Below, piece after piece: positions 1 through 8,170 of a stretch of DNA of 64,000 nucleotides. The DNA comes from an uncultured Rhodothermales bacterium. GTDB lineage: Bacteria; Bacteroidota; Rhodothermia; Rhodothermales; Salinibacteraceae. Both the position numbers and the translations under genes were made by a program. How positions within the stretch are numbered: the stretch's first letter is position 1; each line of letters opens with the position of its first letter. Under the pieces are notes generated by a model, which saw only the letters and a list, made by a program, of their open reading frames with translations, had not been told where the DNA came from and did not search any database. Location: assembly GCA_964345285.1 (NCBI GenBank), contig CAYFQN010000001.1, positions 325-64,324 on the forward strand, read 5' to 3'.

Positions 1-428
1 GGCGTATCGAGACGGCCGGCCTCCACGGCCTGGATTTGGTCGCGCATGATACTGACATAGGGCGCCACACCGGTGACGGTAGCGGCGAGAACGTGCTGGT
101 GGCACGCCGTGTCCAGCGTGAAGCGCCCCACGATTTTCTTCCGCATCCAAAGTCGATCGCCCGTCGACGCTGCAAAAAGCCGTGGAGTCAACAGCCCCTC
201 ATCCACGAGTTCGATGAAGAAGTCGAGCGTGTCTTCGTGCGGGGCTGAGGCGATGGAGTAGGGTCGCAGTAGAGGCCGTTTCATCTCGTCCGGATGAACA
301 CCGAGTGTGGCGTACTGGCCCGGGGTAAAGTCTAGCCGCTCATCGGTCTGAAAGCGAAACAGGGCGAGGTCATCGCTGAAATCGGTGCGATCGACGAGTT
401 CAATTTGGCAGTAGCGTGAGTCCTTCAT
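1..428 (-). CDS. ferredoxin-NADP+ reductase-like FAD/NAD(P)-binding oxidoreductase, N-terminal part (3' end runs off the window)
   Basis: Absent from the ORF track because it has no stop inside the window. My translation of the minus strand from the ATG at 428-426 reads MKDSRYCQIELVDRTDFSDDLALFRFQTDERLDFTPGQYATLGVHPDEMKRPLLRPYSIASAPHEDTLDFFIELV... It carries the RxYSxAS FAD-binding motif of the FNR family. The frame stays open to base 1. Confidence 0.7.
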   Translation of the reverse strand, partial: MKDSRYCQIELVDRTDFSDDLALFRFQTDERLDFTPGQYATLGVHPDEMKRPLLRPYSIASAPHEDTLDFFIELVDEGLLTPRLFAASTGDRLWMRKKIVGRFTLDTACHQHVLAATVTGVAPYVSIMRDQIQAVEAGRLDT

Positions 429-489
429 CCGAGGCTCGTCTGTTGAACAGGAGATGGCAAATAGGTACGGTGTGGCCTAGTCGTTTGTT

Positions 490-1698
490 TTATCGGCTCG
501 ACAGTACCGGCGTGGTGGAGGAGGCCGCTGCCGCTGCATCGATCCATTGCCAGGGGCCGGTCTGCTGCCAGTGCGAATTGTAGGCGCGGATCCACTGTCG
601 ATCGACCACGTGCTTGAGCCGCAGGAACGGGCGGCCCCGAAGCCAGAGAGAGCCTGCAGTCCATAGCCCCGTAGCGGTTCCCGTGGAGAGAATAAGGGGA
701 GCCACCGGATAAGGGGCAAACGCATCGAGCGACCAGTCATGGGGAGGCCGACCGGCTCGCAAGGCGCTGATAGAGCGATCCAGGTTGGTGCGAAGGATGG
801 GGCCTTGTTTGACGGCGTGCACGCCGACTTTACGGAGGGATTCGTGACCTGCGATGGTCGCACAATCGCCGGCTGCAAAAAGACGAGGGTGTCCCATGCA
901 TTGCAGGGTCCCTGTGACGCGGGCAAACCCATTGTCATCACACACCAGACCGGCGTCCTCAAACAACGCCGGGCCCATGGAGCCTGTTGCCCATAGCACG
1001 ACGTCCGCCGAGAGGGTGCGGCGGGTATCGAGGTGAACCGTGCTCTCGTCGATCGCCTCGACCCGGGTCCCGCAAAGTATGTCGACTCCCAGCGCTTGCA
1101 GGCGCTGGGACACGTAAGCACTCATGCCAGAGGGAAAGTCGGGAAGTAGGCGGTCGGCGCCTTCGACAATCGACAAGGTGAGAGCCGCGGAAGCCTTGTG
1201 AGCCGCGAACCGACCGGCTACGTTGAGGGCCACTTCGACGCCGGCTGCTCCGCCTCCTGCAATCACTAGACGCAGGTGCTCAGCCTGACCATGCAACACG
1301 GCCTGAATCCCGTCCGCGAGGGCATCAATATGATATAATGGTTTGGTGCGTACGGCTCGCGGCAAGTAGCCAGGATTGCGAGCCCCGATATCGATCGCCG
1401 CGATATCATACGACAAGGTGCGTCCGTCATCGACGGTAACACAGCGACGCTCCGGGTCGAGGTTGACAGCTCGTGCCTCAACGAAATGGGCGCCGACGTC
1501 ATCGCATAACCGTCTCAGGTTGATGCGTACAGCCTCGCGGGAGTATATGCCGCCCAAGTACTCGGGTACCATCCCGGAGTAGTACAGGTATGGGCTCCCG
1601 TCGAGCAGTGTTACGCGTACGCCACTTGCTGTCCAGCGGGCAGCGTCACGCAGGGCCGGTAGCATGGCGTGGCCGCCACCAATGAGAAGCAGATTCAC
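490..1698 (-). CDS. NAD(P)/FAD-dependent pyridine nucleotide-disulfide oxidoreductase (NDH-2 / 'N-terminal-to-SelD'-like)
   Basis: From track ORF 490..1887. Two Rossmann GxGxxG motifs are present (LLLIGGGHAM and LVIAGGGAAGVE), plus a C-terminal AAGDCA motif. I trimmed the start to the GTG at 1698 (VNLLLIGGG) because the longer ORF would overlap the upstream MoxR gene, whose stop is at 1718. Confidence 0.7.
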   Translation of the reverse strand: MNLLLIGGGHAMLPALRDAARWTASGVRVTLLDGSPYLYYSGMVPEYLGGIYSREAVRINLRRLCDDVGAHFVEARAVNLDPERRCVTVDDGRTLSYDIAAIDIGARNPGYLPRAVRTKPLYHIDALADGIQAVLHGQAEHLRLVIAGGGAAGVEVALNVAGRFAAHKASAALTLSIVEGADRLLPDFPSGMSAYVSQRLQALGVDILCGTRVEAIDESTVHLDTRRTLSADVVLWATGSMGPALFEDAGLVCDDNGFARVTGTLQCMGHPRLFAAGDCATIAGHESLRKVGVHAVKQGPILRTNLDRSISALRAGRPPHDWSLDAFAPYPVAPLILSTGTATGLWTAGSLWLRGRPFLRLKHVVDRQWIRAYNSHWQQTGPWQWIDAAAAASSTTPVLSSR

Positions 1699-1717
1699 AG
1701 CCGGAGCAGAGATTCGA

Positions 1718-2719
1718 TTAGCTGTTCGTGAGCAAGGTATTGATGACGTCAACGGAAGAGACGCCGTCCGCTTCGGCGTTGAAGTTGGGGACGATGCGGT
1801 GCCGGAGGACGGGAACGGCCATGCGGCGGACATCCTCCTCAAGTGGCGTCGTGCGACCGTCGAGTGCCGCGAGGGTCTTCGCCCCAAGGATCAGGTACTG
1901 CGATGCGCGGGGGCCTGCACCATAGTTTAAGTAGTTGCTAACGAAGTCGGGCGCGCTGTCACTTTCCGGGCGGGTCCGCCCCACGAGGCGGACGGCGTGC
2001 TGTATCACATTTTCGGCGACAGGCAATTGCCGTACGTACCGTTGGTAGGTCAGCACTTCCTCTGCGGTCATCACTGGCTCAACGGTGGCATCGGTCCCAC
2101 TCGTGGTGTTGCGGACGACTTCCACCTCTTCATCGAACGTCGGGTAGTCGAGCCAGAGGTTCAGCATGAAGCGATCGAGCTGTGCTTCGGGGAGGGGATA
2201 GGTGCCCTCTTGCTCGATGGGGTTTTGAGTCGCCAGCACGAAGAAGGGCCGTTCCAGTTCGTGTGTTTCGCCAGCGGCCGTGACGTGCGTTTCCTGCATG
2301 GCCTCTAGCAGCGCGGCCTGCGTTTTGGGCGGCGTCCGGTTGATTTCGTCAGCCAATACGACGTTTGCGAAGATGGGCCCGCGCGCAAACGTGAAAGACC
2401 GCGTCCCCGACATTTCGTCCTGCTGGATGATCTCGGTGCCGGTGATATCGCTGGGCATCAGGTCCGGGGTGAACTGAATCCGGTTGAACTTGAGGTCCAG
2501 CGCGCTAGCCAGGGTACGCACCAACAGCGTTTTCGCCAGGCCCGGCACGCCAATCAGCAGCACATGGCCGCGGGCGAGAAGGCTGGCGCACACCATCTCC
2601 ACGATGAACTGCTGACCAACGATCACCTTACCAATCTCCGAGCGGAGGCGGTCGTACGCGGTGCTGAGGGCGTCGAGGGTTTCTGGATCTGCGGCAGGAG
2701 GAGCAGGGGAGTTAGGCAT
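1718..2719 (-). CDS. MoxR-family AAA+ ATPase
   Basis: 333 aa. Walker A is LLIGVPGLAKT and Walker B is VVLADEINR. The C-terminal part (AVRLV..., YLNYGAGPRASQYL) is typical of MoxR. Confidence 0.85.
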   Translation of the reverse strand: MPNSPAPPAADPETLDALSTAYDRLRSEIGKVIVGQQFIVEMVCASLLARGHVLLIGVPGLAKTLLVRTLASALDLKFNRIQFTPDLMPSDITGTEIIQQDEMSGTRSFTFARGPIFANVVLADEINRTPPKTQAALLEAMQETHVTAAGETHELERPFFVLATQNPIEQEGTYPLPEAQLDRFMLNLWLDYPTFDEEVEVVRNTTSGTDATVEPVMTAEEVLTYQRYVRQLPVAENVIQHAVRLVGRTRPESDSAPDFVSNYLNYGAGPRASQYLILGAKTLAALDGRTTPLEEDVRRMAVPVLRHRIVPNFNAEADGVSSVDVINTLLTNS

Positions 2720-2746
2720 CGGAGCTAGCTTAATGGAGGCAGAGAG

Positions 2747-4174
2747 TCACCGACGTCGCACCGCCGTGGCCGTATCAAAGGTCATGCGGATGTCGACGTA
2801 GGTTTCCTCGCGGAGTTCGTCGAGCCACCTGCGCATCTCACGCTGTTGCTTTTCCTGCAGCGCGAACTCTTTGATGCGCTCATAATCGGTTTCCAAGTTC
2901 ATGCGGTGGGCTGGTGTGCGGGCCTGGAGCTTCAGGATGTGATAGGCGCGGTCACCATTTAGGAGGCGCACCTCGGTGGGCTGGCTGATCGCACCGACAT
3001 CCATGGTGTCTAGCGTGCTACGCCACGACGGGCCCAGGTTCTGCAGGACGAGGTCGCGCGTGCCGTACTGCGGGTCAACCACGCGCCCTCCAAGTTCTTT
3101 GGAGCGATCCTCCTCGGAGTGACGGCGGACCATGAGCGCGAAGGGCACATCAAGAATATTGAGCAGCGTGTCGCGAACGGCCTGCAGGTGACCGATGGTT
3201 TGCTGTGGGTCCGCCGAACGGCGGCTGACCTGAATCAGGATATGGTTGAAGTCGATGGTTCCGCCCGAACGATCATTTACGCGCAGAATGTGGAAGCCCT
3301 CCTGCGCCTGATTGTAGAAGATCTGGGAAACTTCGCCGATCGGGGTACGCGAGGCTACAGCCGCAAACTCGGGGACAAGATCGTCGAGGTTGACGCCGCT
3401 GATGCGGCCGCCGTCAGGAGCGGAGCCGGGGTCGTCAGAAAACTGACGTGCCATGGCGGCGAAGTCAGCTCCTCCGCTCACGATGGAGTCGCGGAGCGTC
3501 GTGGTGATTTCGCGCGCTTCCTGGCGGGCGTCGTCAGATGGTTTGGGGTAGCGCACGATATGGGCGAGCCGCACGGTTGTGGGTAAGTTGGGCAGGGAGT
3601 CCTGGGGCACGCGGCTGAACCACTGCTGCACCTCACTCGGCGTGATGTCGATGGTGCTCATGTGCCGGCCGCGAAACTGCTGGGCGAGGATCTGCTCGCG
3701 CACATCTTCTCGCAGATCGTCCTTAATCTCTAAGATGGAGCGGCCGTAGATCTCTTCCAAACGCTCCTCGCCGCCGACTTGTCGAGCGTACTGGTTCACC
3801 TGCCGGTCCACCTGACCCTCCACCTGCTGGTCGGACACCGTAATGGTGGTATCTTGCTGGGCTTGATCGGCAAGGACGGCCTGGTCGATGAGCTGCTGCA
3901 GCGCGTTGCGCATCAGCGGCGTGTTGACAGGGCGCTGTGAGCGCTGGGCCATCGAGCGCGCCATGTTCTCCACCTCGGACTGGAGGATTATGTCGCCGCC
4001 TACGACGGCCGCGATCCGGTCGATGACTTGCTGGTCCTGTGCAGTGGCTGGGGCGGGCGACCAGCTTATCCCCACGAGGAGTAGGGCCAGTGATGTAGTC
4101 CAGGCGGCAAGTCGTCGCGGCAGCGAATGGGGCACAAGCATGCAGGGGAAACTTGATGAGAAAAGCCGATGCAT
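2747..4174 (-). CDS. SurA-like periplasmic chaperone / parvulin-type peptidyl-prolyl isomerase
   Basis: From track ORF 2747..4207. The likely start is the internal ATG at 4174 (MHRLFSS...), followed by a signal peptide ending in ATAQDQ. It has a SurA_N-like region and parvulin-like segments (GFHILRV, NHILIQV). Confidence 0.7.
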   Translation of the reverse strand: MHRLFSSSFPCMLVPHSLPRRLAAWTTSLALLLVGISWSPAPATAQDQQVIDRIAAVVGGDIILQSEVENMARSMAQRSQRPVNTPLMRNALQQLIDQAVLADQAQQDTTITVSDQQVEGQVDRQVNQYARQVGGEERLEEIYGRSILEIKDDLREDVREQILAQQFRGRHMSTIDITPSEVQQWFSRVPQDSLPNLPTTVRLAHIVRYPKPSDDARQEAREITTTLRDSIVSGGADFAAMARQFSDDPGSAPDGGRISGVNLDDLVPEFAAVASRTPIGEVSQIFYNQAQEGFHILRVNDRSGGTIDFNHILIQVSRRSADPQQTIGHLQAVRDTLLNILDVPFALMVRRHSEEDRSKELGGRVVDPQYGTRDLVLQNLGPSWRSTLDTMDVGAISQPTEVRLLNGDRAYHILKLQARTPAHRMNLETDYERIKEFALQEKQQREMRRWLDELREETYVDIRMTFDTATAVRRR

Positions 4175-4263
4175 ACGGACGCGCCTGTACGGTGAGTGGC
4201 GCGGCAAGGAGTGGGGCGGCAGGTATCAACCCAACGAGGGGCACCGGCCGTTATTGCGCGTCC

Positions 4264-5121
4264 TCATTGAGCGAAGTCGATCTCTCGGCGAGCGAGAGCT
4301 TCGTTGCGTAGGCGTTCAACCTCACGTGCATACATCTGTTTCCTGGCCCGCAGCCTCAGCCGTCGCCGGATTTCACCCTCCACCCACAGCAGCTGAGGGA
4401 TCGTTCCCGGCGTAGCCCGATCGACGAGATGCATCACGTGGTACCGGCCATCAATCTCCAAGATGGGCGCTGTCTCCCCCGGCCGGAGCCGCCCCAACTG
4501 CTGGCGGATGATGGGCTGATGGCTGAAAAGGCTCCGTTCGGGGTAGTACTGCGCAGCCATCGATTGGGCCCGTTCAACGTCGAGGGCATAGGAGGACGCC
4601 ATCGCCTGCCACGATCCGGTGGCTGACGCAGTGTCAATGCGGGAGCGGAGTTTCGACTGAATGGTTCGGGCAGCGGTAAGTGATGAAGTGGACAGGTATT
4701 GAACGCGCACATACGGTTCTCGCAGCCGAAGCTGCTCCTGATGCTGCTCGTAGTAGGCCTGCACGTCAGCCTCGGTGACGTGCGGCTGCGTGTCAGCAAA
4801 AAGGCGCGTCGTGAGTTCGTTGACCAACACTGACCGTTCTTGCTCACGGAGGCGCTGCTGGATCTCAGGGTCGTCCCGCAAGCCCCGTCGTTCGGCTTCA
4901 CGGTACAGCAGCGTGTTCGTAACCCACCGCTCTATGATCTGCGTTCGCGCTTCGGCTGTGTCGAGGCCCCGCTGCAAACCATCTAACCGCGCCGAGACCT
5001 CCGCGGCGGTAAGGTACTGATCACCCACTCGGGCCACATACTGAGGCGGGGGCGCCTCATGGGAGCAGCCAATGACTAGGCTGGCCACTATCACCGCACA
5101 CATCGTACGCAGGGACGACAT
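4264..5121 (-). CDS. SurA_N/PpiD-like lipoprotein chaperone
   Basis: From track ORF 4264..5274. The internal ATG at 5121 gives MSSLRTMCAVIVASLVIGCS, which contains a lipobox. The upstream gene stops at 5138. The SurA_N-like text is YLTAAEVSARL...WVTNTLLYREAERRGL. Confidence 0.55.
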   Translation of the reverse strand: MSSLRTMCAVIVASLVIGCSHEAPPPQYVARVGDQYLTAAEVSARLDGLQRGLDTAEARTQIIERWVTNTLLYREAERRGLRDDPEIQQRLREQERSVLVNELTTRLFADTQPHVTEADVQAYYEQHQEQLRLREPYVRVQYLSTSSLTAARTIQSKLRSRIDTASATGSWQAMASSYALDVERAQSMAAQYYPERSLFSHQPIIRQQLGRLRPGETAPILEIDGRYHVMHLVDRATPGTIPQLLWVEGEIRRRLRLRARKQMYAREVERLRNEALARREIDFAQ

Positions 5122-5137
5122 GAAAAGAACGGGGGGA

Positions 5138-6316
5138 CTATTGGGTCGGTGAGTTCTTCTGTTGGGGGGCAGCACCCTGGAAGGCCATCCGCAACCGTTG
5201 GGGATACTGTTGCGCATGATATCGGTTGCGAAGCTGCTCCACAAACTGCCGCTCCCGGTGCGCCTGATAATCACGCATCACGGCGGGACGCACATCCTGA
5301 AAGCTTACAGGTTCGATGGGAGCGTCCTCCGCTGAGACATGGGTAACGCGTTTAGCCGGCCCGCCCAGTGCGGCGGAGTCGCTATGCGAAAGAGGCGGTC
5401 GCCGAAGGAAGGCAGCTCGGGTGTACCGAGTGCGGTGCGCCGCGAAGTAAGTGCGCTGGGCCAGCGTATCATGCAGCGCGGGGGTCCAGACCGAGTCCTG
5501 CATCAGTTCGAAAAGCAGCAGTCCATCACGATGGCGATGCATGGACCGACGAAACACAGGGTCCTGTGCCATCCGGTCTGCGGCGAGGCGAGCGAGTAGG
5601 GTCTCCTGCAGATAGATGCCGACAACCTCGTCGAGTGGCCGGTGGTGGAGGGCCGGCCGCGTGCGCCAGAAGGCGGCTATGTCGGCGATGCGAATCGAAG
5701 TTGAGTCATCGGTGAGGTCCGACACGGTGCGCTCGGCTGTAGGTAGACGGCGTGCAGCCGATAGGCTGCTCAGGGTCTTAACACCCAGTTGGCGTGCAAG
5801 CCGGAGCGTGTCGATGTGCAACCCGTGCCGCGCGCGGGCACGTTCCCAGAAGGCTTGCTCAGCCGTACGGGTCTGGTGTGACTGCTCCACAAGGCCGCGC
5901 AACGCGGCCCGTTCTGCCGCGGAGGCGGGAAGCGGGTCCTGTAGAGCCCGCATGGCCGGGTGGAGCACGCTGTCCGTCTGTAGCCGGTGGTGCACCATCC
6001 GGAGCCGATACGCGCGCTGCTGTCGTTGGAGGGGTGGGTGCGTGGCATAGCCAGCGGCCCGCGCAGCATGCACCTTCAAGCGGTAGTTCAGGTAAGTAGA
6101 CAGAAACTGCTCATAGTCGGCGTGCGAGTCGGCACGAGCGGCTTCCCACCCGCCGACGTCATGAGCGTAGGCGATCTCGAAGTCGCGCACCGTAATCGTT
6201 TCGTCAGCAAACGTGGCGACTATCGGCGCCGTTGGGGGCGGGGCTGGCTGGGTCCACCCAGGGAGCACGGGGAGAAGACTCAGCAGGCAGCAAAGGAGGG
6301 CAATGGGGCGAATCAT
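5138..6316 (-). CDS. secreted protein, possible SurA/PpiD-like chaperone with no parvulin domain recognised
   Basis: From track ORF 5138..6508. The internal ATG at 6316 gives the signal peptide MIRPIALLCCLLSLLPVLPGWTQ. It is the third gene in tandem with two SurA-like genes. The function is inferred from context only. Confidence 0.4.
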   Translation of the reverse strand: MIRPIALLCCLLSLLPVLPGWTQPAPPPTAPIVATFADETITVRDFEIAYAHDVGGWEAARADSHADYEQFLSTYLNYRLKVHAARAAGYATHPPLQRQQRAYRLRMVHHRLQTDSVLHPAMRALQDPLPASAAERAALRGLVEQSHQTRTAEQAFWERARARHGLHIDTLRLARQLGVKTLSSLSAARRLPTAERTVSDLTDDSTSIRIADIAAFWRTRPALHHRPLDEVVGIYLQETLLARLAADRMAQDPVFRRSMHRHRDGLLLFELMQDSVWTPALHDTLAQRTYFAAHRTRYTRAAFLRRPPLSHSDSAALGGPAKRVTHVSAEDAPIEPVSFQDVRPAVMRDYQAHRERQFVEQLRNRYHAQQYPQRLRMAFQGAAPQQKNSPTQ

Positions 6317-6616
6317 GCGCGATAGCGAGGCCTGTTTACACGGAGGCGAAACTACGCAGGACGGTAACAATGCCCACTGCGCGGTCGGACTCAGCCCTGT
6401 TCGGGTGGGGACAAAAGAAAGCGCAAAAAGAAAGCCAAGGGGCCACTGCAGCCGGTATGAAACCGTCGTGAGGTAGGAACTCCCCCCCAGAAATCGCCTT
6501 TCAGGCAACCGTGCTCTGTGGCGCTATCCTGCCAAGCACCGGGCAGTGCCCTGTCGCCGAGCGCGCTCCTGCCTACGTTGCCCCACTGTTTCCCTCGATC
6601 ATTGCCAACGCAACTC

Positions 6617-8104
6617 ATGCCTTCCACTTCTGACGTCCGCGTGCGCTTCGCACCAAGCCCCACGGGGTTGCTCCACATCGGCGGGCTCCGCACAGCACTC
6701 TACAATTACCTGTTTGCTCGGCAGCATGCTGGAAGCTTCATCCTCCGTATTGAGGACACAGACCGCGCTCGCTACGTGGACGATGCGGTGCACGACATCT
6801 TGGATGCGCTGGCATGGACCGGGCTGGACTATGACGAGGGTCCAGAGGTGGGCGGTCCGCATGAGTCGTACTACCAGTCCCAACGCGAGGAGCTATACGC
6901 CCAGTACGCGCAACAACTCGTCGACGCCGGCCACGCCTACTACGCGTTTGACACCGAGGAAGAACTGGACGACATGCGGGCCCGGCTCCGCCAGGAAGGG
7001 CAGCCCTCAGCCACATACGATGCCTCCACGCGGATGGAGATGCGCAACTCGCTGACGCTGCCGGACGATGAGGTCCAGCAGCTTCTTGCGGATGGCGCCG
7101 AGCACGTTATTCGCCTCAAGGTGCCACGCAACGAAACCGTTCGTTTTGAAGATGTGATTCGCGGCAATGTCGCCTTCGACACTAAGGGAGTAGATGACCA
7201 GGTGCTCATCAAGTCGGACGGGATGCCAACGTACCACATGGCAAACATCGTCGACGACCATCACATGCAGATCTCGCACGTGATCCGCGGCGAGGAGTGG
7301 CTCTCGTCCACGCCCAAGCACATCCTGCTGTACGACTTCCTCGGCTGGACGCCGCCCACGATGGCGCACCTGCCGCTCATCATGAGCCCGAGCGGCGGCA
7401 AGCTGTCGAAGCGCGACTCGGAGGATCTAGGCATCCCAGTGTACGTGCGCGACTATCAAGAAGAAGGCTACGAGCCGGAGGCGCTCATCAACTTTCTTGC
7501 CTTCCTGGGCTGGAATCCCGGCACTGAAGAGGAGCTGTTCTCGCTCGATGGGCTGACGGAGGCCTTCTCGCTGGAGCGCGTCGGGTCCAGCGGCGTGCAG
7601 TTCGACCTCGACAAGCTGCAGTGGTTCAACCAGCAGCACTTGCGCGAGAAGTCGCCCGCCGCACTGGCCGAGCGCGCTCGGCCGTACCTGGCCGCGGAAG
7701 GCCTCGACCCCGATGCAGACTACCTGAAAGAGGTCATTGCGCTCGTGCAGGATCGCATCCACAAAATCGAAGAGGTCGCGACGACAAACCGATTCTTCTT
7801 CGAGGATCCGACGACGTACGCGGAGAAGGGCGTCAAGAAGCGCTGGAAAGGCAATTCAGCCGACCTGCTAGAGGCCTACGCCGACGCGCTCGCTGATACC
7901 GACCCCTTTGACGCCGACACGGCCAACTCGGTTTTGCGGGATTTGGCCGATGAGCATGACGTGGGGGCCGGCAAGATCATTCACCCAACGCGCCTGGCCG
8001 TGAGCGGGCTGTCGTACGGCCCGAGCCTCTTCGACATGATGGTCGTTCTCGGCCGCGAGGCGTGCATCCGCCGCATGCACCGCGCCGCTAACGTGCTGGG
8101 GTGA
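6617..8104 (+). CDS. gltX: glutamate--tRNA ligase
   Basis: The HIGH motif is [16 protein letters not shown] and the KMSKS motif is KLSKRD. I moved the start to the ATG at 6617 ([17 protein letters not shown]) inside track ORF 6518..8104. Confidence 0.9.
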   Translation: MPSTSDVRVRFAPSPTGLLHIGGLRTALYNYLFARQHAGSFILRIEDTDRARYVDDAVHDILDALAWTGLDYDEGPEVGGPHESYYQSQREELYAQYAQQLVDAGHAYYAFDTEEELDDMRARLRQEGQPSATYDASTRMEMRNSLTLPDDEVQQLLADGAEHVIRLKVPRNETVRFEDVIRGNVAFDTKGVDDQVLIKSDGMPTYHMANIVDDHHMQISHVIRGEEWLSSTPKHILLYDFLGWTPPTMAHLPLIMSPSGGKLSKRDSEDLGIPVYVRDYQEEGYEPEALINFLAFLGWNPGTEEELFSLDGLTEAFSLERVGSSGVQFDLDKLQWFNQQHLREKSPAALAERARPYLAAEGLDPDADYLKEVIALVQDRIHKIEEVATTNRFFFEDPTTYAEKGVKKRWKGNSADLLEAYADALADTDPFDADTANSVLRDLADEHDVGAGKIIHPTRLAVSGLSYGPSLFDMMVVLGREACIRRMHRAANVLG

Positions 8105-8170
8105 GCGTAGCCGGTTGGAAGGTTGAAGGGTTGAGCGGTGATGCGATCCAAACCGCTTTCCTCCATACCG

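Noticed and set aside
490-1887. The longest version of the oxidoreductase ORF, which overlaps the 3' end of moxR by 170 nt.
   Set aside because: The N-terminal 60 aa are R/S/P-rich and precede the Rossmann fold. A GTG at 1698, directly in front of VNLLLIGGG and 19 nt after the moxR stop, is the more plausible start.
8113-8138. Three imperfect tandem units, GGTTGGAA / GGTTGAAG / GGTTGAGC, between the convergent gltX and glnS.
   Set aside because: They are short and imperfect, and they sit in a 66-nt convergent spacer that also holds a weak hairpin. This is most simply terminator-region sequence, and nothing supports a function.
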